From a virus (taxonomy: Duplodnaviria > Caudoviricetes): 60,814 nt of DNA. The stretch is from positions 1 to 60,814 of IMG/VR virus record IMGVR_UViG_3300033144_004933. One strand, 5' to 3'. The first letter of the stretch is position 1, and every line of letters begins with the position of its first letter. The notes below the pieces were generated by a model. That model was given only the letters and a program-made list of their open reading frames with translations, did no database searches and was not told the origin of the DNA. The position numbers and the translations under genes are program-made. Below, in pieces: positions 37,801 through 45,672 of this stretch.

Positions 37801-38265
37801 CTAACTCATACAGAAAAAGCAGATGTAAGAAGGACTACTGTAGAATTTGCAGCAATAATATTAAGTCTTATGGGAAGTTGGATACTACAACATCTAGCAG
37901 AAGAGGAAGAAGATGAGAAGAAGAAAGAAAAACTATACTACACTCTCTTGTTGACTTATAGATTATATCTAGAACTTCACTTTTATAGTAATCCTATAGA
38001 GGGCTGGAAATTACTAAAATCTCCTGCTGCTACATTAAGTATGATAGAAAGAACTTCTGATTTATTCGAGCAATGGGGGAAAGATATACTTCCTGATGAA
38101 AGTAAGGATAAGGGCTGGTTTACTGCAGAGAGGTATGTCAAAAAATCACATCCTTTATATGGAGAAAGAAAATGGAGAAAGAAATTCAGAAAGATTGTAC
38201 CTATCTTCTCTCAAGTAGATAGAGATGCTGAAAACATATACAAATGGATATCGGGTAATCAGTAA
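31891..38265 (+). CDS. Large capsid cargo protein with nucleotidyltransferase, zincin and PD-(D/E)XK nuclease domains
   Basis: 2124 aa; MACPNKN start as seen in crAss-like cargo proteins; LTGSLAL..HDLDF; HEFGH 33820-33834; GVAGTTDILII..RIVDIKSS..QQSAY. Confidence 0.75.
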   Translation: MACPNKNLTEWKNLANTVGEFEAMRVFMMNNNDVPPIFAEKLEKRTIELLAKEFTNRIGVNDQQELKSLLTVESLKLSQKENDYSKVDSLNNALIEGFLKDFNVTVSEYESIKEVFGVDAVGMSDFLQKFIALEKGESITPHAAYFAYKLLGRANNKLRGEINFRISAWEGYQASYQKHAQEILKERGWTEDTKEFKAFVKEKIAVDFLEKTLVEYYNNPEEFAIEHAERQFTGEDWKKSQRWLNKLKRWIESLLYKINAVKNRGLTIRLGKNTLIEVKGRKQSQEVLDNISKQIVSEMLSQEYDIFDYTKSDKEIQKHYEETIETDPEAEEIVKHAWKLGWILTGSLALRRVGSVFRTVKESLHDLDFVVPHSILKSPKILQELLDSADIYVNMMKGITDFKSKKAALARTTLMDATEETLKKLSWYQEFIKEYPSFTPIVSFISKDNFETKDSITFTGVIDGRFYTEDGYHTVVENKQNIRKKHKKGDYIRGTGYIIDLFLRPNSSLKDTQTDGFKSWMEIFVAKLTFSRDKDLKDHRYFIPFAKQGPKDMFVYKDWVYKKHEVPEVSPILEAYLETKIPAEQRESRKAFKKKKSILQKSLHADVIEDPNLSVAGVVLPYEPGETPRVAINPNYHTGETLIHEFGHVLIDFMGGMSSPLIRQGRKYLEGTDLEAEVLELHSEETNQEKLNKEVLATAIGKEGEAIYNAENGNLISRFKSWLKIFTNRLKKLLGLDYNVAMELANMLLNNDLSSVYMDNTGNPYAQEQRLPKKTTETQQEANTRLDRIDERFSLTDDVKHYIDSVDNTLYKRNSDRIDEVFGADKYDAKLRAKFENNRQWGNKIDDIFTGVINGQSLSQVRESIKKKESMPIHAAYKTANISEEALRDIYAAAQEFVSEIVAGGSIVRTQSTVYSRDTGVAGTTDILIIEPDGSLRIVDIKSSWYPTSRPYKVKSGNFKISYNNRGKHTSTREKHTRQQSAYQKMYEDLGFNVKSIKIFPINLANVQRNIVQGVTIEPIITLRYNTLTANRVIDNKNKRKREQLEFNPEIEEKLKELAAEIRNRVHLVFNDYKETKNKKFADELEVLVMQMQEGEDLTNLITYIQEANKRSFNILTRLDNIKQGEENLTGEVLKNIKTFAGAFNLINDAYSLLLEADKLIREIPKAKRTKQQNLVLRYLSGSEGRTGTKKDIESVLTNLNEIKETTHILSKDYIANMLAPQSKRTEYFYRKHFEKKYRRENPFSKEKESRTEYKEKIQEYVNEQIAENQQQIEEAHLQSIKDLLSFSPKDTGIMVSLFADPKNINDPVLQLTIKLLERADYKARQEFILEVHKIERIYDKFKEAKGNPTNQTVLYEDLLERDPSTGELTGFMVGKYFSKMKEITNTWYSENPTPKAKEIKDFHAEAKKTYANPQWKKLLEMRNGTAEEKAIYEMYEHLVEKAEEKDEMVPAGSRLGVRFSDFFDTNTRIHEYVYTYRIPTIEKTAFERVTEQGVKTAIFQGAKDLVVEDVEFLEKGQKEADTEEDSPHDLETVNDDYVKIITDASGKEKQFVPVFFRGKHRDQESIFAPSPLQTYDLVSASLMDLYTTLNYHEKKLIEADIILIKDLVQERDVGRVSGLKQVVTYFQGKMGGAYKLSGENSEAFKALKSLVDTRMYGITTEGIIAGWEGNIGPISGVKVGNLLMAWTGHAMLMLNRISALTSTLQGKTMNALEAFAGIHMTGKSLRQAEVTYWKNLPGFLNDALGKKVNHNLVNLLAEKYDALSEYHGLSGSQRFSNLNRVLQKANAGTGHFLQNTQEHYTQLTSMLGILHEGTITNSKGEVSTLFDAHYEKDGELFIKDDFKEAVDEQDYQLSIKIKEVSKQSHGNYDSKNLSRIQRFVLGKMMFMLRKWLVPGTQRRWRGGSKLRSNIFKESDILTDMESSFYSEMTEEEQNGLYITALRVFGAIGFELDSWKMELNREDINSKWNTLTHTEKADVRRTTVEFAAIILSLMGSWILQHLAEEEEDEKKKEKLYYTLLLTYRLYLELHFYSNPIEGWKLLKSPAATLSMIERTSDLFEQWGKDILPDESKDKGWFTAERYVKKSHPLYGERKWRKKFRKIVPIFSQVDRDAENIYKWISGNQ

Positions 38266-38389
38266 GAGAAAGCAACCACGCTAAAAAAAACTCCTATATT
38301 AAAAAAGAGAGGTGTATGAAAGGGAGAAAAAGGCAGATACGCTCAAAACCCTGTCTATACTTCGCAATATAAACCACCTCTCCTTTAGT

Positions 38390-38419
38390 AAAAAGAAAGC
38401 CCCGTTACCAGGGCTTTCT
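38390..38419 (-). terminator. Intrinsic terminator at the convergence of the two gene blocks (possibly bidirectional)
   Basis: AGAAAGCCC 38394-38402 / GGGCTTTCT 38411-38419, T-tract on - strand. Confidence 0.7.
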
Positions 38420-38488
38420 CATCAATTATTAACCTATTCACTATTACACTAGGCTAATTTAAATAAAAATTAGGATTAAACAAAAATT

Positions 38489-39181
38489 TTACCACTTAAT
38501 TTCATAATTTTCTTTATCTAAAGACTTTCCCACCTCCTTTAAAATCTCATTAGTTTTAGAGAAATGTTTATTTCCACTAAACCCCTTATGAAAAGAAAAG
38601 GGAGAAGGATGAGCAGATGTTAAAATAAAATTACATCTCTTATCTATAAGAGGAACATAGCTTTTAGCATGAGCTCCCCATAATAAATATACTACTGCAG
38701 GTACTTTTTCTGATAAGGTTTTAATTACAAACTCCGTAAAAGGTTTCCATAGCTCACTATGAGAGCCTGGAGCACTTTTTTTCACTGTTAATGCGGTATT
38801 AAGCAATAACACTCCTTGTTCCGCCCATCGTGTTAAATCAGGGTCCTGGTCTATTTTAAGGCTGTCATACATGTCATTTTCTATTTCTTTAAGTATATTC
38901 CTCAAAGAAGGAGAGATATGAAGCAAATTAGTATTACTAAACGCTAATCCTGTTGCACTCCCATCATGATAAGGATCTTGCCCTAGAATTACTACTTTTA
39001 ACTTGTCCGGGGGACACATCCTAAAAGCCCTGAAAATATTTTCTGCTTCTGGATATATTATTCTAGTATCAAACTTATTTTTCTTTTTTAATTCTTTCCC
39101 CAGACTAACAAAATACTTACTTTTAATAATAGGTAATAGTGCTTCATACCATTCTTCTCCAAACTGTTCTTTTAAAATCAT
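38489..39181 (-). CDS. ung: Uracil-DNA glycosylase, family 1
   Basis: KVVILGQDPYH, GVLLLNTALTV, LLWGAHA, SAHPSPFS. Confidence 0.97.
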   Translation of the reverse strand: MILKEQFGEEWYEALLPIIKSKYFVSLGKELKKKNKFDTRIIYPEAENIFRAFRMCPPDKLKVVILGQDPYHDGSATGLAFSNTNLLHISPSLRNILKEIENDMYDSLKIDQDPDLTRWAEQGVLLLNTALTVKKSAPGSHSELWKPFTEFVIKTLSEKVPAVVYLLWGAHAKSYVPLIDKRCNFILTSAHPSPFSFHKGFSGNKHFSKTNEILKEVGKSLDKENYEIKW

Positions 39182-39187
39182 TTGTAT

Positions 39188-39439
39188 TTATTTTAGCATA
39201 TATCGAAAATGTCTCTTTATTTCTTTTTCAGAAGTAAACATATAACTTTTTCCAAGTGAAGGTTTCTTACTCATAAAATAGAGAAGAAAAGAATATCTAC
39301 TATAATCTTCTGTCTTACTCTTCCACCCCTCTATAAGGGACTTAAAACTGTCTTTTGCCCCCTCAATGGGCATATTAGTAAACACTCTAAAATTTTGATC
39401 AGTGTCTTTAAATTGAACCTCTACTTCTAAAAATGTCAT
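39188..39439 (-). CDS. Hypothetical protein (83 aa)
   Basis: Tightly packed ORF on the coding strand with an A-rich leader. Confidence 0.65.
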   Translation of the reverse strand: MTFLEVEVQFKDTDQNFRVFTNMPIEGAKDSFKSLIEGWKSKTEDYSRYSFLLYFMSKKPSLGKSYMFTSEKEIKRHFRYMLK

Positions 39440-39452
39440 AATGTGTGTTTTT

Positions 39453-39689
39453 TTAAGTTAATAATTTTAAAAATTTCTGATGAATTGTATACATTTCCCC
39501 ATAGCAGTAGTTTCTTCCCAAATACCATCCCCGAGATGTTTTAATTCCTGTGTATTCTTTGGTTCTTTCATTCCAACCTGGACCTTTATCTATATCCTTC
39601 ACTTCAAATCTAACTCTGCTGTTCTCAGCTTGGCAAATGATTTCATATTTGCCCTTACCATTTATAGTTACTATGTCATTTAGATTCAT
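39453..39689 (-). CDS. Hypothetical protein (78 aa)
   Basis: Tightly packed ORF on the coding strand. Confidence 0.65.
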   Translation of the reverse strand: MNLNDIVTINGKGKYEIICQAENSRVRFEVKDIDKGPGWNERTKEYTGIKTSRGWYLGRNYCYGEMYTIHQKFLKLLT

Positions 39690-39691
39690 AT

Positions 39692-39904
39692 TTATTTCTG
39701 TTTTGATGATTCAAATTCTTCACAACTATTGTTCTCTCTACTGTCAATAGTATTCCCATTTGGTCCCATAATACTATTCATTTTGTATTCATATATATGT
39801 GATTTAGAATTGTCACATTTATAATTAGTGATTATCATAACTCCAGCTGGAGATATATCTGTACTATCAAATTTACAATGTTTACAATCTATACAATTAC
39901 TCAT
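39692..39904 (-). CDS. Small Cys-rich protein (CxxCxxC...C...C), possible metal binder
   Basis: MSNCIDCKHCK...YKC...NSCEEFE. Confidence 0.65.
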   Translation of the reverse strand: MSNCIDCKHCKFDSTDISPAGVMIITNYKCDNSKSHIYEYKMNSIMGPNGNTIDSRENNSCEEFESSKQK

Positions 39905-40005
39905 CTTTGTTTTGATTTTATAATGATTAAACTTACACGATTCTCATATTCCATTGAGGGCTATCATTTTCTCCCACTTTATGTTGTTTAATCATCTTTG
40001 TTTTG
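39901..40005 (-). repeat. Gene-boundary direct repeat CAAAACAAAGATGA (2 copies) enclosing a 20-codon mini-ORF or decayed cassette
   Basis: Identical 14-mer at 39992-40005 and 39901-39914, each containing the next ATG. Confidence 0.7.
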
Positions 40006-40233
40006 GTTTATTAATGAATCCAATTCTTGTCTTTTAGTTAAAGTTTCTATCTCTGCATTCCTATCTAAAAGATGCCAATGACAATCTTCTAGTCTTTGGT
40101 TACAATCATTGATTTCTATTTGCTGTTCTATGGGTATAGCATACATAGCACACTCCCATACTGCAATAGTATATAATACTAATATACATGTTGTCATAAT
40201 TAATACTACAATAGGTGGTATATTAAATTTCAT
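39988..40233 (-). CDS. Small membrane-anchored coiled-coil protein
   Basis: Hydrophobic N-terminus IVVLIMTTCILVLYTIAVW; ends NQNKDD. Confidence 0.6.
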   Translation of the reverse strand: MKFNIPPIVVLIMTTCILVLYTIAVWECAMYAIPIEQQIEINDCNQRLEDCHWHLLDRNAEIETLTKRQELDSLINQNKDD

Positions 40234-40236
40234 AGT

Positions 40237-40572
40237 TTATTTTTTTTTATTAGCAATACTGCTAACATAGTTTAACATTTCTTTAATAGTCATATATTCA
40301 AACCTAGAATTCGTAGAAAAGTAGAGAAATATTCTGGTCCAAGCTCTTCCAACAATATAATCTTTCGTAGAATTGATTTTTTTTGAAATATCTACTAAAA
40401 AATCTTCTTCGTTATAATAATTAGGAGCAGTGGGGATTTGTTCTTTAAATATTTCTTCCGGATTTACATCCAGGTTTCTTTCTTTTATTAGTTCTTCTAG
40501 AGTAACTTGAGGAATATACAAATTGGGAAGTTCTTCTTTGGGACACAGTCCTTTTTCGTTTTTTTTTTCCAT
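40237..40572 (-). CDS. Hypothetical protein (111 aa)
   Basis: Packed ORF on the coding strand. Confidence 0.6.
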   Translation of the reverse strand: MEKKNEKGLCPKEELPNLYIPQVTLEELIKERNLDVNPEEIFKEQIPTAPNYYNEEDFLVDISKKINSTKDYIVGRAWTRIFLYFSTNSRFEYMTIKEMLNYVSSIANKKK

Positions 40573-40596
40573 TATTTTCCATTTTAGTTAGAATTA

Positions 40597-40626
40597 AATA
40601 AGGGGAATAATTAAATTCCCCTTATT
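40597..40626 (-). terminator. Hairpin / putative terminator
   Basis: Perfect 12-bp stem AATAAGGGGAAT / ATTCCCCTTATT after the 40648 ORF. Confidence 0.65.
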
Positions 40627-40647
40627 GATTAGGTCTGTTAAAGTCCA

Positions 40648-41247
40648 TTACTTATTAAGCTCACCTCTATATCTTAAAGCATCATTTACTTTGAAACCAG
40701 GATTATACATCTCTTTGTCCATATCAAGAACAGAAGATGCCTCTTGATTTCTATCAATAGTAACATGACTTCTATAAGATACTCCATCATTAATTTTATC
40801 TTCCATAGCTTTATAAACAAACTCTTTCTTATATAGAACTCCTGAAAGTTTATGATCTTCTTTTATTCTCCAATGCTTAATTATTACTTTTTTATAATTA
40901 TCAGATAATTTAGAATACATTGACTTTTTAAAAGCATCATAATTAGATTGCATATCTTTAGGAATATCAATCACTTTCATAACATGGTATTTATCAGGAT
41001 CATAGCTTTTTACAAAACTTGGAAAAGTTTCAAACTCATCTTCAAATTCTGTAAATGCTATACTCCCATTAAATCTATACAAGAGAAACAGGTGATTATT
41101 TAATTTTGGATATTCAACATCCCCCAAAAAAACATTTACTAAATGTTCTGTGGATTCTACAGGTATAAGTGTAGATGCCATAGGATACATATAAGAAAAT
41201 GTTTTAGTTTTTTTATAAACTGGGTTGTTTTTTAAATCCAAAATCAT
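40648..41247 (-). CDS. Hypothetical protein coupled to the exonuclease gene
   Basis: 199 aa, 2 nt from the exonuclease stop. Confidence 0.7.
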   Translation of the reverse strand: MILDLKNNPVYKKTKTFSYMYPMASTLIPVESTEHLVNVFLGDVEYPKLNNHLFLLYRFNGSIAFTEFEDEFETFPSFVKSYDPDKYHVMKVIDIPKDMQSNYDAFKKSMYSKLSDNYKKVIIKHWRIKEDHKLSGVLYKKEFVYKAMEDKINDGVSYRSHVTIDRNQEASSVLDMDKEMYNPGFKVNDALRYRGELNK

Positions 41248-41249
41248 AA

Positions 41250-42269
41250 TTAGTAAGTATTAGTATTTTCACGAGTTATAACAGAAGGAGCAATAAAAGC
41301 ATTCAATTCTACTTCTCCATTATTTTTAATTAATTGTTCCGGATAATTCCAATTAGACTTTTCTGAATGATAATGTAATTCATCTATTAATTGTTTCCAT
41401 CCTCTTATTTGATTTCCAAATCTATCTTCTCCCCCATAAGTACCTACATATAAATCATCTGTAGAAACTTTATAAACTATGGGAAGATTATAATTATCCA
41501 TCTCAGCTACTAAAAACTTAAAAGGCTGGACAGTATATTCTTTTAAAATAGGATCTGAATTTATCCAATAATTCACAGCAGCAGTATAAAAAGCAGCTTG
41601 TAGATAATATTTCCATTTTTTAAAAGAAGCAGGAAAAGAATAAACACTATTCCCAGTTGTTTTAATATCTATGGGAATAATAGATTTCTTATTATGATCT
41701 ATTATAATAAGATCCAAAAGAGACTTACAAGTAAGACCCTTAGTTTTCCAAAAAATAGCTTTTTGAAAAAGTAAATCACAATTATTTCTTTCCTTAAAAT
41801 ACTTCTGAGTATATTCAGAAGTTTGAAAAGAATTAACTACACTTTGAACCTTAGAATAAGTATCGAAAGACAAAATTCTCTTACCATTACTCGCTTTTAA
41901 AGCTTCATAATAAGGCTTTCCCTCTTCTTCCCATTTAGCAGTAGGAAGAGGTCTTTTATATCCAGAAGCTATATTAGCCAGGTCGTGATTCTCAGTTTCT
42001 AAATACTTTTCCACATAGGCCACCATCATTACAGACTCTGGTTTTTTAGCCGTCATAACATAAAATTCATTTTTAAATTCCTCAGGAGTAGTTAATAAAC
42101 AATCCACTGCTCCTCCTCTAATAAAAGCATCCGTATCTACAGGTTCCTTTAATAACATGTCTTGATAGTGCTTGGGACTAACTGCTAGAGCAGAAAGAGA
42201 AGTAAAATTTATACCCTCTGCCTTTCTATAGTCTGTTGGAGAAATTTCAATAATTTGTGTATTTTGCAT
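41250..42269 (-). CDS. PD-(D/E)XK exonuclease (RecE/ExoVIII, DUF3799-like)
   Basis: INFTSLS, GGAVDCLL, CKSLLDLIII..PIDIKTTG, YYLQAAFY. Confidence 0.85.
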   Translation of the reverse strand: MQNTQIIEISPTDYRKAEGINFTSLSALAVSPKHYQDMLLKEPVDTDAFIRGGAVDCLLTTPEEFKNEFYVMTAKKPESVMMVAYVEKYLETENHDLANIASGYKRPLPTAKWEEEGKPYYEALKASNGKRILSFDTYSKVQSVVNSFQTSEYTQKYFKERNNCDLLFQKAIFWKTKGLTCKSLLDLIIIDHNKKSIIPIDIKTTGNSVYSFPASFKKWKYYLQAAFYTAAVNYWINSDPILKEYTVQPFKFLVAEMDNYNLPIVYKVSTDDLYVGTYGGEDRFGNQIRGWKQLIDELHYHSEKSNWNYPEQLIKNNGEVELNAFIAPSVITRENTNTY

Positions 42270-42294
42270 TTTAAATATATTAAATAAGATTAAT

Positions 42295-42322
42295 AAGGGA
42301 AGAGACAGTAGTCCCTTCCCTT
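42295..42322 (-). terminator. Putative terminator closing the Ubl operon transcript
   Basis: AAGGGAAG-A-GAC AGTA GTC-C-CTTCCCTT hairpin with AT-rich tail. Confidence 0.6.
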
Positions 42323-42331
42323 TGAAAATGA

Positions 42332-42778
42332 TTATTCATCTTTTTCCAACCAACTGTCATCCAATGAATCCTCATTCTCTACAATGCCCTTAGATGTCTG
42401 TGAATTGTCTAGGGGAATCTCTGCTTCATCTTCTTTCTCTTCTACTACTTCCTCTGTTTTTATCTCTTCTGCTTTGGTATCTGAAACTAATTCTGTTTCC
42501 CTGATAGTTTTTGCTACTTTTTTCTTCGTTACTTTTGGAGAAATCTCTTCTTCCAAATCATCTTCTAAAATAAAAGCATTTACTTTTTCAAGAATAGTTT
42601 TCTTTCCTTTCAACTTTTCATGTTGAAATAACTTAGAAACATCTTTCTTTCTTAATCCATATTTTTCTTGAATGGATTTTTCATCTCCCTGGTACTGTTT
42701 ATCATCTTTTGTTCGAGTGTACCCATCTTTTAAATCTTGGAGAATTCCTGATACTGTAAGTTTTACTGGTTCTGACAT
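42332..42778 (-). CDS. Hypothetical protein with helical N-domain and acidic tail
   Basis: 148 aa; SIQEKYGLRKKDVSKLFQHEKLKG. Confidence 0.7.
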   Translation of the reverse strand: MSEPVKLTVSGILQDLKDGYTRTKDDKQYQGDEKSIQEKYGLRKKDVSKLFQHEKLKGKKTILEKVNAFILEDDLEEEISPKVTKKKVAKTIRETELVSDTKAEEIKTEEVVEEKEDEAEIPLDNSQTSKGIVENEDSLDDSWLEKDE

Positions 42779-42795
42779 TTGTTTTAGATTAAAAA

Positions 42796-43830
42796 TTAAT
42801 TATTTATTTCTGCTATAGGATATCCTTTCTCAGTTTTCAAATGAGACATAATCTCTTCTGAAGAACTTGAAAGAAACTCTTTATATTCATTTAAACTCTC
42901 ACATTTAACTCCGTGAAACTTTTTAAATAAAATAGAAAGAGAAGGTACCGTTACCGTCTTTATTCCCAATTCTTCCATAGGCTTTTTAATATGCTTCCTA
43001 TACTGAGGCCTGAGATTTCTGTACGCAGTCCTAGGAACATCAAAATCTTCCTTTACCCATAATTGTAGGTATTTAGAAGACACTGGTTTTTTATCCACCA
43101 TATATGTAGTTAAGAGATGTGCATATTTTGACTGAGTAACTAAACAGACTAAAGGAGTAACCACATTAGTTTGAGTGTTTATATGAGCTATATACCCCCT
43201 ACCTACAAAATACTGTGTATTAGGAAGCCTGGTCCTCATCCCTGCAAAAACCGTCATATCACTATCATGAAAATGAGATATTAAACTTGCCCATTTCCAA
43301 TATGAAAACCAACCCGTTTTATGTGCAGGAGCTATATATTCTGTATGATTAAAATTACCTATTAATTGATTATAAGACTCCTTACAATAATAAATAGCAT
43401 TAGCAAAACATCCTTTTAATTCCCTATCACTCATTGTATCTAGTTCAGTTCGCCCACTATAAGACCCTGATTTTGCTGATACTCTCTGTAGAAATGTTTC
43501 TACAGTTTTTATTATAAACCATTCCGGGAGAGTACTCTGCAAGAGATCATGAAAATAAGGAGACGCATTTACAAAATTTAATACCTTAGACATTCCATAT
43601 CTAAACCTCGTATGTTCTTCACATGTTAAAGAAACCACTTTTTCTCCTGTTATCTTTTCTTGTATCCCTAATTTATATGAACTACGTAAAACAGGAAATT
43701 TCAAAGCAAAAAGAGGAATTACTTTTCGTTTATAATCTCCTATCATACCTCTTTTAACTTCTCCCAAACTAGAATGATAGTTTATTTCTGTAGTATTAAA
43801 TACAAAAGAATTATCATCAAATTTTATCAT
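42796..43830 (-). CDS. Hypothetical protein translationally coupled to the E1/ThiF gene
   Basis: 344 aa; ATGA overlap at 43827-43830. Confidence 0.75.
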   Translation of the reverse strand: MIKFDDNSFVFNTTEINYHSSLGEVKRGMIGDYKRKVIPLFALKFPVLRSSYKLGIQEKITGEKVVSLTCEEHTRFRYGMSKVLNFVNASPYFHDLLQSTLPEWFIIKTVETFLQRVSAKSGSYSGRTELDTMSDRELKGCFANAIYYCKESYNQLIGNFNHTEYIAPAHKTGWFSYWKWASLISHFHDSDMTVFAGMRTRLPNTQYFVGRGYIAHINTQTNVVTPLVCLVTQSKYAHLLTTYMVDKKPVSSKYLQLWVKEDFDVPRTAYRNLRPQYRKHIKKPMEELGIKTVTVPSLSILFKKFHGVKCESLNEYKEFLSSSSEEIMSHLKTEKGYPIAEINN

Positions 43831-44516
43831 AATATTACTTGTTGAGTTATAGTAGGTAATTCAAAAAGTATTTTGAAAGGAACTTCTCTAAAATTACTTT
43901 TCTTAACTGTATTAGCTACCATATTATTAAACACTGCTACCATATAAGAAGCTGTCATTGCTCCACAATGAGAGGTAGCTTTAAGAGAACACTCCAAATC
44001 TTCTACTTCACTATCATCAAACAGCTCTTCTTCATATTGTCCTTCTTTTCCCTTGGTTACCGCCAAAACCTGGGCACTTTCACATAGCATTCTACCATCT
44101 ATGAAAATAGCCCTTCTTGACTGTTTCTTCCAACTGTTGAACATCATTTTTCTAGCTGCCATATTATCAAAACAAGAAAACATTACCGGAGTAGGAAAAG
44201 AATCTTCAGTCCACTTACCCATCTGATGAACTTCTAAATTTCCAGAAAAATTCTGTATTATAGAATTCATAGCATTTTCCTTGGACATACCTATGTAATT
44301 GCTTCCATATAATTGGCCTCCTAAATTAGTTTCATCTACTATATCCATATCCTGTAGATAAATGTCACACTCCTGTCTTGCTAAGAAAAATGCTAACCAA
44401 GACCCAATTCCCCCAATTCCCCCAATAGTTACTGGAATCCCTGGACGAAACCAAGGAGTATCAGAAAACCTGACACTCCCCGCCTTACCTTTAGTTTTTA
44501 ATTTAAGTTTTTTCAT
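43827..44516 (-). CDS. ThiF/E1-like ubiquitin-activating enzyme
   Basis: VTIGGIGGIGSW nucleotide-binding loop, DMDIVDETNLGGQ, SCFDNMAAR, FIDGRM, candidate catalytic Cys in LECSLKATSHCG; N-terminal SVRFS Arg finger. Confidence 0.9.
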   Translation of the reverse strand: MKKLKLKTKGKAGSVRFSDTPWFRPGIPVTIGGIGGIGSWLAFFLARQECDIYLQDMDIVDETNLGGQLYGSNYIGMSKENAMNSIIQNFSGNLEVHQMGKWTEDSFPTPVMFSCFDNMAARKMMFNSWKKQSRRAIFIDGRMLCESAQVLAVTKGKEGQYEEELFDDSEVEDLECSLKATSHCGAMTASYMVAVFNNMVANTVKKSNFREVPFKILFELPTITQQVIL

Positions 44517-44526
44517 CTTATTTATT

Positions 44527-45672
44527 TTAAAAATGTCCTTCTGCTTCAGCTATCTTATCTGCTTCCATCCCTATCATAATAGATAAATCATCTGCAAATT
44601 GATGACACAGAGCATTCTCTGCTAATTCTTCTAAACACTGAGCTAGAGCTGTTAAAAGGCCCGTCTGATAATGATCATTAGGAAATACTGTATTATAGAC
44701 TTGAAGAAGATTGTCGTGTATATTTTTTGTATACAACTCCTGTTCTACTTCAGTTGCATCCATCCATTTATGGTCTGACCTAATGATTAAAGATTGAAGA
44801 TGCCCTGATGCTTGGGTATCTAGACAGATTAACTTATATAGAAAATCTTTAATTAAATCTCCATACTCATCCTCTGAAGAATACTCTTGATTATTCAACG
44901 TCTGTACATCCCGCAACTCTATTGTTTCCTCAGGCATCTTTGGAAATATTGTAGTCTGATTACCATAAACAGGACTTATCTTCCTTTTCTCCTTTTCCTT
45001 TCTAGCCTCTAATTTCTCAATTTCCCCATAAAAAGAATCCTCTTCTTTTTCTATCTCCATATCAATACAATACACTACTTCTTTTTTAGAAGAAATTTCT
45101 GTTCGAGAATAAGTATCATCTCCAGACACATTTTTAAAGGAAACATGAGAATTTCCCTCAAGTTTTCTTTCTCCTACTACACACAATCTGGCTACATAGT
45201 TCTTCGCAAAGTTTACTATTAGAGATAAATAATAGGCATGGTTTGGGGTATTATCCGTCAATTCCTCTTCATCAGTCCCCGAGAAGTATGCTTTCATATT
45301 ATGATGAGTATGAATATGTCCTTCCCTCCATTTATCCTTCATTATTTGTGGATAATAATCATGCATATCCAAAATATTATCTTCATTGAAGTTATATTCT
45401 GTATATCCAGGAGTTCCTATATCCATAGGATACATACATAAAGCAGTTATTTCTAAAGAACTTATATCGTCCAGATCTCCTTTATCTATCTTATAAAGTA
45501 GAACTCCTGACCATTCTTTAGCTCCACAATGAGCATGCAAAAAATTTATTTGCTTTTCTAGCTCAGTAGATATTGTAAGCTTTCCTTTTTCACTACTTAA
45601 CAATATTGAGTACTCCGGTTTAACTTCTTTAACCGTTTCCTTCTCTTTTTTATTCTTCTTTTTATTTGCCAT
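44527..45672 (-). CDS. JAB/MPN+ (JAMM) metallo-isopeptidase
   Basis: EWSG catalytic Glu and GHIHTHHNMKAYFSGTD (HxH-x7-S-x2-D). Confidence 0.88.
   Translation of the reverse strand: MANKKKNKKEKETVKEVKPEYSILLSSEKGKLTISTELEKQINFLHAHCGAKEWSGVLLYKIDKGDLDDISSLEITALCMYPMDIGTPGYTEYNFNEDNILDMHDYYPQIMKDKWREGHIHTHHNMKAYFSGTDEEELTDNTPNHAYYLSLIVNFAKNYVARLCVVGERKLEGNSHVSFKNVSGDDTYSRTEISSKKEVVYCIDMEIEKEEDSFYGEIEKLEARKEKEKRKISPVYGNQTTIFPKMPEETIELRDVQTLNNQEYSSEDEYGDLIKDFLYKLICLDTQASGHLQSLIIRSDHKWMDATEVEQELYTKNIHDNLLQVYNTVFPNDHYQTGLLTALAQCLEELAENALCHQFADDLSIMIGMEADKIAEAEGHF

Noticed and set aside
38307-38382. GAGAGGTG/CACCTCTC inverted repeat in the convergence gap as an ncRNA or origin
   Set aside because: Only 8 bp with a 60-nt loop; insufficient support beyond a possible 3' UTR structure.
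38489-39181. Uracil-substituted genome
   Set aside because: An intact family-1 UNG argues for thymine DNA.
43827-44516. ThiF as a thiamine/molybdopterin biosynthesis auxiliary metabolic gene
   Set aside because: No ThiG, MoaE, rhodanese or desulfurase genes nearby; neighbours are JAB, E2-like and Ubl genes.
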